Source: Lingula anatina (lineage: Eukaryota; Animalia; Brachiopoda). From it: 64,000 bases of DNA. Where the stretch lies: the NCBI GenBank assembly GCA_051362555.1, contig CM120646.1, positions 19,406,001-19,470,000 on the forward strand, in the 5' to 3' direction. Shown here piece by piece: positions 37,001 through 50,039 of the stretch. The position numbers were made by a program, and so were the translations under genes. The notes beneath the pieces were generated by a model. The model was given only the letters and a program-made list of their open reading frames with translations. It was not told the DNA's origin and made no database searches. Position 1 is the stretch's first letter; each line of letters begins with the position of its first letter.

Positions 37001-37682
37001 TGTGTTTTCATCTTTAACAGTCTGTCAATATATTCCTATGTGTTGCATAACAATGGCGTGCTTTCGTGTGAAAAGGGATGAGTTTTTCTTATTATAACAA
37101 ACAATTGTCTGTTTCCAAACATCGCTGTGTATTTTAAACTAATTAATTCTTAGCTTAAAAAAATAATACAACAACGCATAAATCTGGGACACAGACGTAC
37201 CAGTCTGTTTTGCAGTTTACATTATGGAAAAGAAAGCTATCAGAATAGTATTGTAGTGTTTTTTGGTCATCTGAGGGATATTTTACGGCACACACACTAG
37301 AGTAAAAAACTTATCGCAAATTTTGATACGCGAAGAAAACGGTTTGTTGTGCATTGCTAATGTGTCCATTTTCAACTTGGTACAAAGTGTTATCTGCCAT
37401 ACACGTGAACTATACACAGTCTTCAATTTTGGGATTTAAATACCTGAAATACACTCTGCTTTTCATAAAACAACAACGTATAAGGAAATTCTGTCATCTG
37501 AGCGTGTAATCATAGATGTTATGACTCAGTAAGTAAAGTAAATAATATAGTGTATATACATGTATATATATTTGTGTTAGGATTTAGAAGATTGTCAGGA
37601 AAAGTGTCTTCTCTATTGTGTTTGGGTTTTAGACAAAATAAAAATGAACATAATTTGAATATTTACAGCTCGAAATGACTGA
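34062..37682 (+). CDS. Secreted EGF-domain protein E (paralogue of D, lacks the PPC-like domain); exons 34062-34101, 34367-34522, 36267-36383, 36621-36764, probable stop exon 37669-37682
   Basis: Exons 2-4 have the same lengths as in D (156, 117, 144 nt), the same phase and open frames. The next good acceptor gives (A)RND* at 37669-37682. An alternative acceptor at 38166 gives (E)EQGSGDDR*. Confidence 0.8.
35525..35740 (-). mobile_element. Possible 3' end of a non-LTR retrotransposon (RTE/CR1-like)
   Basis: GC-richer island ending in a (GAT)n-type tail on the minus strand (catcatcatca); present in gene E intron 2 but not gene D. No diagnostic ORF. Confidence 0.3.
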
Positions 37683-40052
37683 TATTCTCAGTGTGAGCAA
37701 TGTGTATCAAATGTAATTGATACAAAACAAAACGTGCATGGGGGGTGGTACATGTTGCATGTGCATAAAGGCTTTTCAAATGATACTCACGGGCTCGTTC
37801 CCAATCAAGCTACTGCTCTGCGCAGATCGATCCAACTCCGCAGATACACACTCTGAATCAGATTAACAGATTAACACACCTCCTATTGTTCTCAAAGTAC
37901 TCGTTTAATCACCCATTATTCTGTATATTCTACTCAGTGCCAAGAGGAGGCATGCAAATATTTCAGTCTGATAGAATTTAACGAGAGTCCCGGCAGAGTG
38001 AGTCGAAACTACTTTGTACATTATAATTTCATAGCGAACGCACCCTTAATTTTCATTCATTTTAACTTTTTTAAAACTGTTGATGTTTTCTGAGGTTGTT
38101 TGACTAATCATCTCACAGGAACTGACAAGCAAACTTTAATTTCTCTAATTTCCTTTAATTACAGAGGAACAAGGTAGCGGGGATGATCGATAATAATACT
38201 GCAGGTAAATTTTACTTGTGTTATTTAACTAGGTAGGTTAGATGTGAAAGCAAGCAATTTGCTGGATATGATTGTGTAGTGATATATTAGTTCTTCAAAG
38301 CAGTGCCCGGCTTAGTGATAAAACTGAATACTCGTGTTTTATTCTCACTGTTCTTTTATGTACAAATAAATAACAATGTCCTCTCATCATGATGTAATTA
38401 TTTCATTTTATAAATAGCTTTAGTTTAATGCTAAACTCGGTGCTGAATGGCATCTTTGATCTTGCTTAACGTTGTAATGCGCATATTAGTAAAATATTTA
38501 TTCTTTTTCAAACAAAAAACCTACCATCTACCTAGATTGGTCGAATTAATACGTATATATGTGAGAATTCATCCGAGATAAAGTTGGGCATGTTTTTCAG
38601 GAGGAAGAAACATCTGCCGCATGCAGCAATAGACCTACCGGTAATTCAATCCAGCGCCGCTACAAATATTGGTGTTTATCTTTTATCTATATTTTTTGAA
38701 GACTTATGGGCAGTTAATAGCCGGAATATAATGTTAAATTTAGATACATGTTGTTATATATTTTGATTACTCGAAAGAAAGAGAGCAAGTCAGTGGAAAA
38801 AAAGATGTTTATATAACAAGCAATAAAAGTAAAGACAAAATGAATTAAAAATGGTGCTGTACAGGAGTAGAGATTAAAATGAAATCAAAATGTAGTCGTA
38901 AAGGTCTAATGATGTTAATCAATAAAACGTTGGAGGGCAAACAATCTCTCGTTGGTGCACGCATCTTTTGTTGATTAAATCTTGACGCCCGTGCAGACAA
39001 AAACTATTTATCAGAGACAAAACTTTTTTCGTAAGTTTTACTTTCATGGGCGAAAATTGCTGGTCTCTATCTCAATTAAGAGACTGACTCAAAAGCCAGA
39101 AAAAACGGAGTGTTATCCTTTGAACGTGTCCGAGAATGGTTTGTGAGTCTTTTTGATAATCTAAAGCGTAGCCTACATGCATGTGGACAGTATGTTTACG
39201 AGACAAATGGTGTGTCAGTAATAGCACGCGGTCACAGAGAGAAGTAAATATTATTTGTATCAAACCTCTTTTTTTGAATATCCATTAGCATCTTTGAATT
39301 CCCCAAAGCTGTTGAATGCGTATTGCATGTAGGCCCTACCCCAAAACTTCAACCAACAGTTTTGTTTCACTAATATGAATCTTCATGAAATATGTTCTAA
39401 CTGTACCGATCAAACACTAGTACACAAATAATTCAACGTATTTCAATAACAAAAGCACCAAAGAAGTTTTCGTCGACAGACTCAAACAGTTTATAATAGT
39501 AAAACCAAAGTTAAACAGACTTCAATAAATAAAAATCTAATGAGACTCTGTAAGGATAGGTCACATAAGAAAAAAAAACAAACATATAAAGTCAATCATT
39601 TTCATTTTTTTTTTTTTTTAAATTTTTACTAGATATGTCTAAAGTCTTTAAATGTAACCGCACTATAAATCGCAGCAACTTACCAGAACTTGTCTTGTCA
39701 GCAACTTGTCTTGTCACTTTCAGTGAATAATAATAATCATTTTTTTCCTGTCCATTTCCTTTTGAAGCAAGTTCACAACACAAACTCATGTAAAAAGTTG
39801 TTCATCATATTAATCAATCATTGCGACACAAAAGTAGGCCTACAAAGATGCAATATTATACCTCAATAAATACAAACATAAAAATTTGGTTAAGCTCAAC
39901 GGGGAATGTTGCCCCAAATAAAACACACACATACAGTCATCTAAATCACACTCCGTGTGTTATGCTTAAAGCCACGATAATTATCTATTAACTGTAAAAA
40001 AGGAATGCTTAAAAAATTAAATTAGCCAGTATGTCCTGCAACACAGTTCCAT

Positions 40053-40393
40053 CTATCGGCGGTTTGGACAGCACACCGTATATCGATCAGTTGGGTGAAT
40101 GTCACAGTAATAACCAGTAGGGCATTCATCTCTTGGCATACATAATCCACAGCAAAGTTGACGGCCGTTGATCCTCAGAGGGTTGTCATAACCGCCACCA
40201 GGGCGTTTACATGGTCTGTCTTCTTTGACTTGAAATTAAAAGAAAACGTAGGCCTATAGTTAAAGACGTATTGAAAGAACGACAGTTTGTATTAACTGAG
40301 TGTTATGACGATTGCCAGTCGATCTTAATGATATGTTTGAAGAAATATTTGAAAAGTAATGGAACTTTGAATTAAAATATCGGGAAAACTTTT

Positions 40394-40432
<39 letters not shown>

Positions 40433-40796
40433 CTGACAAATTACGTTATAGTCCAATAACGAACTACATCGTCAAATAGTTATATCGGGACTGATTGCAA
40501 AAACTAATAGGCTATCTACCAACAACAATCCACATTATCGCCAAAACCGTTGTACATGGCGGCGATGTAGACGTGAGTTAATTAAATATTACTGACCTGG
40601 ACATTGACTTGCAGCAATGCAACGAGCACGATGCCAGATAGGTTTGTCAGCGGGGCACTCACACTTTGGTTCACACTTCTCTATGCAACCTGGGTTTGGG
40701 TCCTTGCACGTCTTGGTACAGGGGGAGCCACAATCATTCCACACTTTGCCACCTTTGCACTCTGTAGGACAATGTATATGCAGTTATACTTTCGTG

Positions 40797-40837
<41 letters not shown>

Positions 40838-43800
40838 GTTGTTGTTGTTGTTGTTGTTGTATTTTAACTAAAGAATTAATACCGCTTGAGACAAACAACA
40901 TATTAGCACAGTAGATATGCAGAGAATAAAAGCTAACCGGTTTTGTATACGTAGATTTGTGAGTGTATCAGTGCACGATTTACTGATTTATGGTATTTTG
41001 GAGATAACGAACTGTATCCCTTGACTTGTGTGGTGTTATATTAAACTGAATATAGATTTAATACAGATTTTTATTCGTGCATGATATGCTTGAAGGCGAT
41101 TTAAACGTCAACAGTTATACATGTATATGGGAGTCGCAATATGGAACAGTGTCAATTACAGAAAAGTTGTACTTACTAGGAACACATTTTGGTGGCGGCT
41201 GGGGACAAGGAGCCATGTATTCATGAGTGCAATATATCGGTTCTTGGACGCATTGCTGGCCTACTGGACATTTTAGATCCTGGTGACATAAAGACGTAAA
41301 ATATAAAAATAATAAATAGCTTGCCCGTTCAAGAAAGCATGCAAAGACTTCGTAATGGATTTGCATACGAACAGGGTGCAGCTCATAACTAAATGAATGC
41401 TATTCTCAGGACATATATATATAAAACGTATTTGTAATTATTCAAAAATATCATTATAACGTTGTTTTGAAAACTTAAATGATGGGCCAGTATTGTACTC
41501 ACATTACATGTCAGGATACAGGTCTGTTCACACTCCTCCTTGGTGCGGAATCTATTACCGTTCCCTTGGCAACCGCCGTATACGAACTGTTCACACTGTT
41601 TGGATTTGGAGTTGTAGTAGTACATCTGCTCTGCTGCTTTACAGGGTCCTGGGTCTTTTGGAGCCTCGCAAATAGCTGAAGGGTGAAAGTGTATACTAAT
41701 ACCTTGTCCACAAATCATGAAATAAACAATTTGTGGTCCGTTTTCCGTCGTTAAACTTTGAAACTAACACAATTCATCAAAGTCTTCGGTGAAACAAAAA
41801 ATTCTAAACTTATTGTTTAATTCTTACCTCAGTTTTAGTTTTACCTTAGCTAAAAACGTGATCACCGTTTTGGAAGATTCCAAATAAAAGGATAGAAGTA
41901 AGACACTTACGCACGCATTTTGGAAACGGCTGGATACAAGGTGGCTTCTTGCAAACAACAGTTGATCCGGGTACGCATGTTTCTCCTTCACGACATTTTA
42001 TAGTCTTTTCAATGAAATAATAACAAAAACATTAAGTCAACTATGTGTGAATCATAAAAGAAGTATATATCAGATTGCAACAAAAATATATTTTATTATT
42101 ATCATTTTCAGTATTTCATGGGACACAAACAATTCAAGTGTTATGATTAAATGACAGCTTGGTCCGCAGCACTCTCCTAGCATTATCTGTAGATTGACAC
42201 ATTCAGGATGGCAGCTACTTTGCGTTTAATGATTATTAAGTTAAATTTTTCACTCGTTTACATTGGTTCCGTTATAAACTAGTACACGTATAACATAAAG
42301 TCACTCACGTTACAAGTAGGTGGCAGTGGCACACACTTTGGTCCATCATCCGTCTCAATACAGTTGGGACAGCGAACGGTCTGACATTATGGATGAAAAT
42401 AAAATGAAATACCTACATGTAAAGTAAAGTCGATGTAAATGTCTGGCATGTCTATTCATTTCCCAGTATCTTTACCATTTCTGATGAACCAAATCGTTAA
42501 AAAGGTACAATCTACCGGTAAATGGCTCAAGCTTCTTTTTTATATTGTGTGGTTTACTCTTGAATACTTACAGCGCATGTCCCAACACATTTAGCTCCAG
42601 TTGAAAGCTCCACACATCTCTCATATGGCTTACATGTCAGGTCCTACAATACATGAAACTCTGTTTTAAAATAGGCTGGCTATATGCTATCAGACTTTGA
42701 AACATCAGGAAATGGGTTAATAAAGTCATATAATTAAATAAACAATGATGGCGATATTCTGGCTAAGAAGTGGCAATTTTTGTTGCAGAAAGAAGCACTT
42801 AATAACTTACTAACGTGTGTGCCGTCTAAATACCCGGGTACATGTACAGTATTATCACACCGTTCGAAATAAAGCAAGGGTGATTCTATTATTCCACCTA
42901 AATAATTACTAGTATTTATCAACTGACACAATACCAGAGTTATTTCATGGGTTTTTCCTTGTAAGCTTTACCTAAATTTAGACCTTTTAGTACACCTTCG
43001 GACATTCAATGGACTGAATATAGCCATGTTTCATTTTAATTAAGCTGTGGACTATTATAGAAGCACTGTTTTCACACTTACTCTGCACGTTAGAGGCACG
43101 CACTTTGCTCCAGATGAAGACTCCACACACTTGTATCCGGGTGCACATCGCACTAGCTGAAATGTTAGCATCGTACAGAATGACAAATTGCATACTTTGG
43201 AAAAAAAACCAAAGATGCTGTTTATTTTTAAAGCAGCTAGGAAGACAAAGGTACACAACAATTTTACTGCGTGAAGCAAATCAATTTTTTATACAAGGCG
43301 GACAAGACGTATTCATTTCACCTTACCAAATTCAAAAATGCACATACATATGGCAGCATTTGGTTCCATAATTCAACTTACTGCGCATGTGCCGACACAC
43401 CCGACCCCCACCCACACGACGAAGACCCACCCTCATTCCACCACAAAGACCCACCTTCCCAAAACGCGAGACACGAACAACCCACCATTTACATACTTCA
43501 ATTATCTATGTAAGGTTGAGAATAGAAAGCCAAATCGACCATTTCTCAGCTTCTAGACCATTACTGACAAACCAATACGTTAAAGAGACAAGTGGCTCAA
43601 AGTTGTTTTATATGCTGTGTGGTGTTTTACATACCCTTGAATACTTACAGCGCAAGTTCCAACACATTTAGCTCCAGTTGAAAGTTGCACGCATCTCTCA
43701 TATGGCCTACATGTCAGGTCCTACAATACACGGAACTTTGTGTAAATATAGTCCGGCTATGCTATAAGACTTGAAAGTACTAGGAAATTACTTAATTATG

Positions 43801-46800
43801 TCATATAATTTGATAAACAGTGGCAGCAATAGTCTTTGTAAAAAGGGACAGTTCTGACAAAGAATTAACGGCTCACTAACTCGCTGACGCGTGAGACTAT
43901 TATACATATATATTATCATATTGTTCGAAGTGAAGCGAGAATGGTTCTGTTACTTCACTGTTATTTCATTTTTCTTGCAAGGTTTACTTATATTTGGACC
44001 CACATTTTCGGACATCTCATGGACTGGACAGACATGTAGATAATTATTTTATTTTTTAACTGTACCATTTGACTATTATAGAACCATTAGTTCTACACTT
44101 ACTCTGCACGTTAAAGCAACACAGTGCGCTCCGAATGGGGACTCTACACACTTAAAACCGGGCATACAGCGCTTAGTCTGGAAGGTTATGTTATATTTAG
44201 CATTTTTTTAAACAGATATACAGATTGAATACTTAAAAAACAAAGATAATATTTACTTTAAAAGTAGCTACTTCGACAAAGATACACAGACACTTTACCA
44301 CATGAAGCAAAACGATTTTGTGGTCAAAAACGTGTTAATATCGCACTGCTGAGAAATCAAATATTACACGTGAAGATGACAACATTTCATTCCAATAAAT
44401 TCAATCTCTACTTACCGCGCATGTGTCGACACACCTGACCCTGCCAAATGGACCGCCAACACAGCGTCTTCCTGGGTTGCACGTGACTTGCTGCAAAATA
44501 CACGAGCATCAGATGTTGATAAAGGAGAATCTTCACGTTAAACACGTCAATGCTAGTTTATATTACATTTGTAAAATACAGTACGTCAGCACTAATTGTT
44601 CAAAAGAACAACTCATGGCAATGAGATCTTATTCAATTAAGTAGTACTGCATAATAAAAATAATCTCTGAAAAGTCAATCCACCATTCGTAAAATAGTTA
44701 CGACGAATATCCATTATATTGCCAATTGAGAAGTAAAATAACAAAACCAAGTTGCGTCGAAGAATTATATGACTTTGATTCAGTAGCATCTGCACCTACA
44801 TCACAGGATTCGGCATCGTCGCACACTGCTCCAATCGGCGTGTCGCGGCATACCTGGGTCTCAGCGCAATTTCGGATCTAAAGAGAGGAAGTAATGAAAT
44901 AAATTTAGTCGAAGGAATCCATAGCAAACCAAATTCTTCAAATCGGTGGCTGTTGCTTTTATTAATTTTACACAACTTTCATACTTCATGAAATACTTGA
45001 TTCTTTAATGATGAGTGTTCAAAAATGGATTATCAATGCACAATATGTCTGCTTTTAAAATTACAACTTTTAACGTCGTAGTTCGAGTAGTATGCACACT
45101 TACAGCACACGTGGAGACACATCTGTACCCGGAGATATTCGACAATACGCACTTTTCTCCTTTCGGACAACCGGTCACCTAATATATTTAAATGATATTA
45201 TCATATTAGAACATCACTTGAGAACTTGATGTGGAAAAACAAAGTAATTATCACTTCATAACATTACCCTATGTAGGAAGTGCGAACCATGTCTCCTTCA
45301 TGTGATAAATCTCTTTAAGTGCCATTTCAGTGCCTTGTGCGTAAATGTTTGAAAACTTCAAAATAATTAAATATGGATGTTTAAATGGCTGGTTTACAGG
45401 CCAGATTTTCAAATTTCTGCCTACAATCTCCATAATTAATCCTAAGTTTGAATTATACATAACGGCTCTTACCTTACACGTTACCGGAACACATTTCCCG
45501 CCAAGGGGACCTTCAATACAGTCATATCCAGGTTGACAGTCAATCAGCTGGAAGAAAGGAGTCATTACATTTACAAATACAATGAATCTTATAATCATAC
45601 AACACAGCAGTTCTGAATAATGAAAAGAGTTATCTAAAAAACGATTCCAATAGGAGTTGACAGACACATGTTGAGCAAATCATCAAATATCGATAACCAG
45701 ACATGCTGCATGTTGCACATGTCACAATAACCAAACCCGATCCAGCCGAGCTCCATAGACAATTTAAGCACATAGTATAAAACTACAGTAAACAGTGTGT
45801 CGGAAGCACCAGTGGACTGCGGACTAAAAAGGGGTGCCACATTTAACACAGGTTAACACAAGATAGCCAACATTTGGTCAACTCCCGTGGGGTGTTGGTG
45901 GTGGGCGGGGGGGGGGTGAATAAAGTACCACGGCCGGGGGACATCAGACCAACGTAATATCACACCAGGATTTGCACAAAAATTCACTGATCACTGTCCA
46001 GCAATTCTTTACTTACCGCGCAGGAAGGCACACACTTCCCTTGTCCATCTGGACCCTCCACACACCTGTGGCCCACGGCACACAGCATTGCCTGAAAACA
46101 AATGAAAAGTAAATATACTCCACCGTCATACCTTGTGCTATAACATAGTATGGCCTATTGGGAGGGGAGGAGAAGTGAGTACCACAGTCGTTAAGGATGG
46201 GACATGTGCCCTTTTCTGGGTCCGCCATTGATATAATCAAGACTCTCGACATAATACGGTAAATATTTGCATTGGCCGTGCTTACCGCACATCCTGATGG
46301 TGGCTGCGGTGGGAGGCAAATACTTTTCACCTCACATGGCGTTCCACAAGTGTCCTCCGAGGTGCAAAGATCTTTGCAACCCTGAAGAACCAACATATTT
46401 ACAAAATAAACATGTTATCTCTGCGGAAAATGGGGTGTGGTTAGATTTTTCAATCTAAAACTTAAAAGTGTGAAGTTAAATTAAAAGTACTTGTAAATGA
46501 TGTTGTTTCTGTGGTTTATACTTGAACAACATTGGTCAGTGTGTGTTTCACTTTAATTTGAACGCACGCGCGTGTGCAATAATGTTTCAATCTCAGCCTA
46601 TCTAATTTAATTTCGGATTAAATATTGCACCCCGTTTTGCTATTCATCTGCAATGAGTAAAGCCCTAGCACTCTACACACTTACGTTACAAGGATCGTTG
46701 ACACACACGGGGACTGGATCGCAGGGAAACCTGACACACTGCACTCTTTGAAGAACACATTTATCACCTGTTGAGCAAGGGGGGTTCTGTAAATGTGACC

Positions 46801-47249
46801 AATATAATAAAATTACAACCTGAGCTTGGTAAATAAGTACGGCATACATGCAAAACAGACCTTTAATATAGAATCACTCTTTACAAACGCGAAATATACA
46901 GTCAAATAAACAATTAAAAGTGAAGACAATATTTATTGGAGGTTGAGTAAAATACCTATTGGCTACCGTGTAAATCTTAGCTTTATTAATCTGCATCGTA
47001 ATCTCTGTGTCTCAGAGTTGTACTGGTAATGAAAAAAGTTCATGCTGCCTTTTAGACTGCGAATGAAGATCAACTGAATAAGCGATAAACATTTGGTTTA
47101 TTAAATGACTTAAATAAATCGAAAACTTACGCATTGAGGCTGCTGCTGCTGCTGCAATAGAACAAAATGTGAAATTTAATGCTAGCAAATTGTGATAGAA
47201 CATTCGGTCACTATAGAACAATTTTAAACCACTTACCAAGACATATTTA

Positions 47250-47280
<31 letters not shown>

Positions 47281-47366
47281 GAGTTACAAGACGTACATCT
47301 CACACTTACCTCTGCAGTTGCAAAAACAAATAACGCGAAAGCGTAACAAAGAGCTAATATCTTCAT
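40053..47366 (-). CDS. Large secreted multidomain Cys-rich protein F (~576 aa, 19 exons): signal, tandem FOLN-like modules, Kunitz, TIL, lustrin/WR1-like
   Basis: Exons: 47310-47366, 47131-47151, 46685-46786, 46286-46381, 46017-46091, 45473-45547, 45104-45178, 44800-44877, 44416-44490, 44103-44177, 43649-43720, 43082-43156, 42572-42643, 42309-42380 (all phase 0), 41911-42004, 41503-41675 (Kunitz), 41177-41279, 40597-40761 (TIL), 40053-40228. All are AG/GT-bounded and splice without stops. Signal MKILALCYAFALFVFATAE; typical module LIDCQPGYDCIEGPLGGKCVPVTCK. Confidence 0.9.
40597..40761 (-). other. TIL (trypsin inhibitor-like, 10-Cys) domain exon of gene F
   Basis: CKGGKVWNDCGSPCTKTCKDPNPGCIEKCEPKCECPADKPIWHRARCIAASQC has canonical TIL spacing. 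Confidence 0.9.
40798..40860. repeat. Compound (ATT)n(GTT)n microsatellite; a (GT)n run is at 40398-40431
   Basis: Direct runs. Confidence 0.95.
41503..41675 (-). other. BPTI/Kunitz domain exon of gene F
   Basis: CEAPKDPGPCKAAEQMYYYNSKSKQCEQFVYGGCQGNGNRFRTKEECEQTC: six Cys, F.YGGC.GN.NRF signature, Lys at P1. Confidence 0.97.
43382..43410 (-). pseudogene. Dead pseudo-exon (3' half of a FOLN-like exon) inside gene F
   Basis: GTC GGG TGT GTC GGC ACA TGC GCA|gtaagt matches the end of exon 44416-44490 (VRCVDTCA). Its 5' half is replaced by G/T-rich sequence with an in-frame TGA and no phase-0 acceptor. Confidence 0.7.
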
Positions 47367-47451
47367 AATCATAAATGTCCACCTCTGTTTCAAAAAATAT
47401 GTATTTCGGATACGGATTAACACAAATGAAGAAGGTTGGAAAACGCTCGCC

Positions 47452-47458
47452 TTATATA
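47452..47458 (-). promoter_or_regulatory. Candidate TATA box of gene F
   Basis: TATATAA on the minus strand about 85 nt upstream of the ATG. Confidence 0.55.
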
Positions 47459-49947
47459 GGCTCTCCTTGGCATTACATTACCTTACCAAAATATGCATAT
47501 ATCAAGGTGAACTACACGTCACTTTAGCGGCCTGTCAAGGTGCAGTTATCAAAGTATTTCCGCGTTCGGTAGGGAGTGTAATTAGGCCATGGGTCATGTT
47601 CGACATAAAAGATATATAAATATAGTAACATAAAAGCCACACGCATATACGGACAATAGAAGTCAATTATTTGCCACAATTTTCCTGTTTGTGCTACACT
47701 GTGAAGTTAACGTCACGGTCAGACAACTGGAGTTTCTTTACCAGGTGCTTGCTCAATGGTGGACCCAGAAAGAGGAGCAAGTGCTTCCTTACCCTTAGCT
47801 TCGGGTTAAAACCCTTCTCTTCTCCCGTCCCTTCCCGACGCCTCACCCCCATCGCCACCTTCAACCTTCTCTATACATAAAAAAGTATATCGAGCAAAAT
47901 GAGAAGAAAAAACAAACCAATTTTCCACCTCTGCCTACATATTACAGTAAAATTATCTTCGTCTTATTCGATCGCCAAAAATATCAGTGTCCTTACACCA
48001 GACCCATTCTCTCCCCCACCCTTAGCAAAATCCTTGATCCGCCAGTGTATGGGATACACATCCCAATGCTACACAATATTCTGTTTATTTTTTTTATTAT
48101 CTTCGCCATCGAAGGATGTAATAATGACGCTTTCATCGCCATTGGTTTGTTGGTGGAGAACATATCTCAAAACTTACTTGACAGATTTTGATGAAATTTT
48201 CAGCGTGACAAGGAAAATTGATTGCAAACTGAAGTGAAAACAAACTGAAGTGAATCCGGGTCTTCTGATACTTCTGATTATCTTTTCGTTTTCTTTTCTC
48301 ATAAATTACTGTTCAGGCGGAGGTCTGCCCTCTGCAAGTGCTCTGTAGTTAACAGGTACATTCAACTCCATTTGATGTTTCCCTACTACAGTGCCCGTGC
48401 ACCAAGAAGACGCGGCGTTAATTAATGTTTGAATATGTGAAATGATGGCTACCTTACAATTCTTGCGTTAACGCTCGTGATGAGGAAAAAGATATATTAT
48501 TTTAATTATGCCTCTCCCTGTTCTGCAAAATTTCATCAGATCATAATAAGGAAGTGAATAGCAAAACTATGACACCGGACATTCAGCGGATATACTGTAT
48601 ATTGGCCGTGGCGGATCCTTGGGGGAAGGGTCGAGTGAAGCGGGGGGTGAACCCAATTGACTGAGTCCTTATACATGGAAAATATATTTGGATAAACAAC
48701 CATATTGAAACTTGAACCCTAGTTCTATTTTAAGCATTCATGTTTCCTCAATAAATCAGAATGCATTTTTTAAAGCGGCATTCGGCCAATGAAGTTTAAA
48801 AGGCCTTATTTACACATTATTTGCTACCCCTTTAATTAAATTCTGCTCATTAGTTATTCTGCACTTGAATTTGGATTGTTTAGAAAAGCAAAAACCGTAA
48901 ATCACATTAGCGAAACTGTGCATGGCTTTGGTAACGCCTGCTGTTTAGGTGCCCAGTTTACAACTTTAGAATCTGGTGCTATCGGCTACTGAAATTTACA
49001 GAAAAAATATGAGAAATATCATGAAAATAATCATATTAAAACATGATAACTTTCAGTCTGTTTTTAAAGTGTAATACCCCTTTAACGTGGTGAGTCTTAA
49101 CGAGCGATCATAACTGTGATTTCTTTAAACCAGACGCTGGTTGGGGTAAAAGTGGGAGCCTCTTCACGTGCTACGGTCGTCTGATGACGCAACAAGAAGA
49201 GACTAAGCTTCTATTAATTTTATTACTTAAAGTGTCCTCATCTACGAGTGAAGCCAGACTAAAAATGTTTTATCCTTCGAACCCCATCCCCACCCAATCC
49301 AACCACCCCGACCTCACCCACCACCACCTCCACCCTATTAAATTCCCAATCCGGATAGTACATTCTTTACTTTTAAGTTAAAGCCAAAGATGACATAGGA
49401 CAAAGTGGTGAAATACAAACAACGAAAAAAAACTAGATAATTTGCTCTTTAGGTATCGAACTATCTAAACCAACATAAACTCTCCTCTTCATATTTAAAA
49501 CAAGGTTTACCACATCCTTCTTTTCTTAAGTGGCTGTCATTCTATTCATTGTATGCGAGGACATTTACAATTTCAATCACTATCACATGAAGCTAATAAA
49601 GTTTATAACCGAAGTAAACAAGATCTTGGCCATAAATATTTAAGTCACTATATTTAGTCGATGACTTCTTTGCAATGACACTTTTTTAACCGCACCCCAT
49701 CAGAGGCCCGAAATACGTGCTAAACACGCGACAGGTCGTATAATACTGGTTTTGCAGTACTTGGCTGTCCCCGATGGCGGCATTATGGAGGCATCCCATC
49801 ACGCATTAATCTGATCCAGAACATTTACATTTTATAAGCTAAAAAGAATTTTTTCACAACCTCTGGATGAGACCTTCGGGTGTGGGCGTCTTCCTATTAA
49901 TTTCCGAAAACCAAAGCAGGTATCTGGGGAAAATCAACCCCCTGTCA

Positions 49948-49954
49948 CTCTCTG

Positions 49955-49998
<44 letters not shown>

Positions 49999-50039
49999 GC
50001 ACACACACACACACATACACACACACACACACACACACA
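49948..50039. repeat. Compound (CT)n(CA)n microsatellite
   Basis: Direct runs. Confidence 0.95.

Noticed and set aside
49181-49210. CTGATGA cores (also 14145, 22005, 42481) as possible hammerhead ribozymes
   Set aside because: No correctly placed GAAA or pairing stems were seen.
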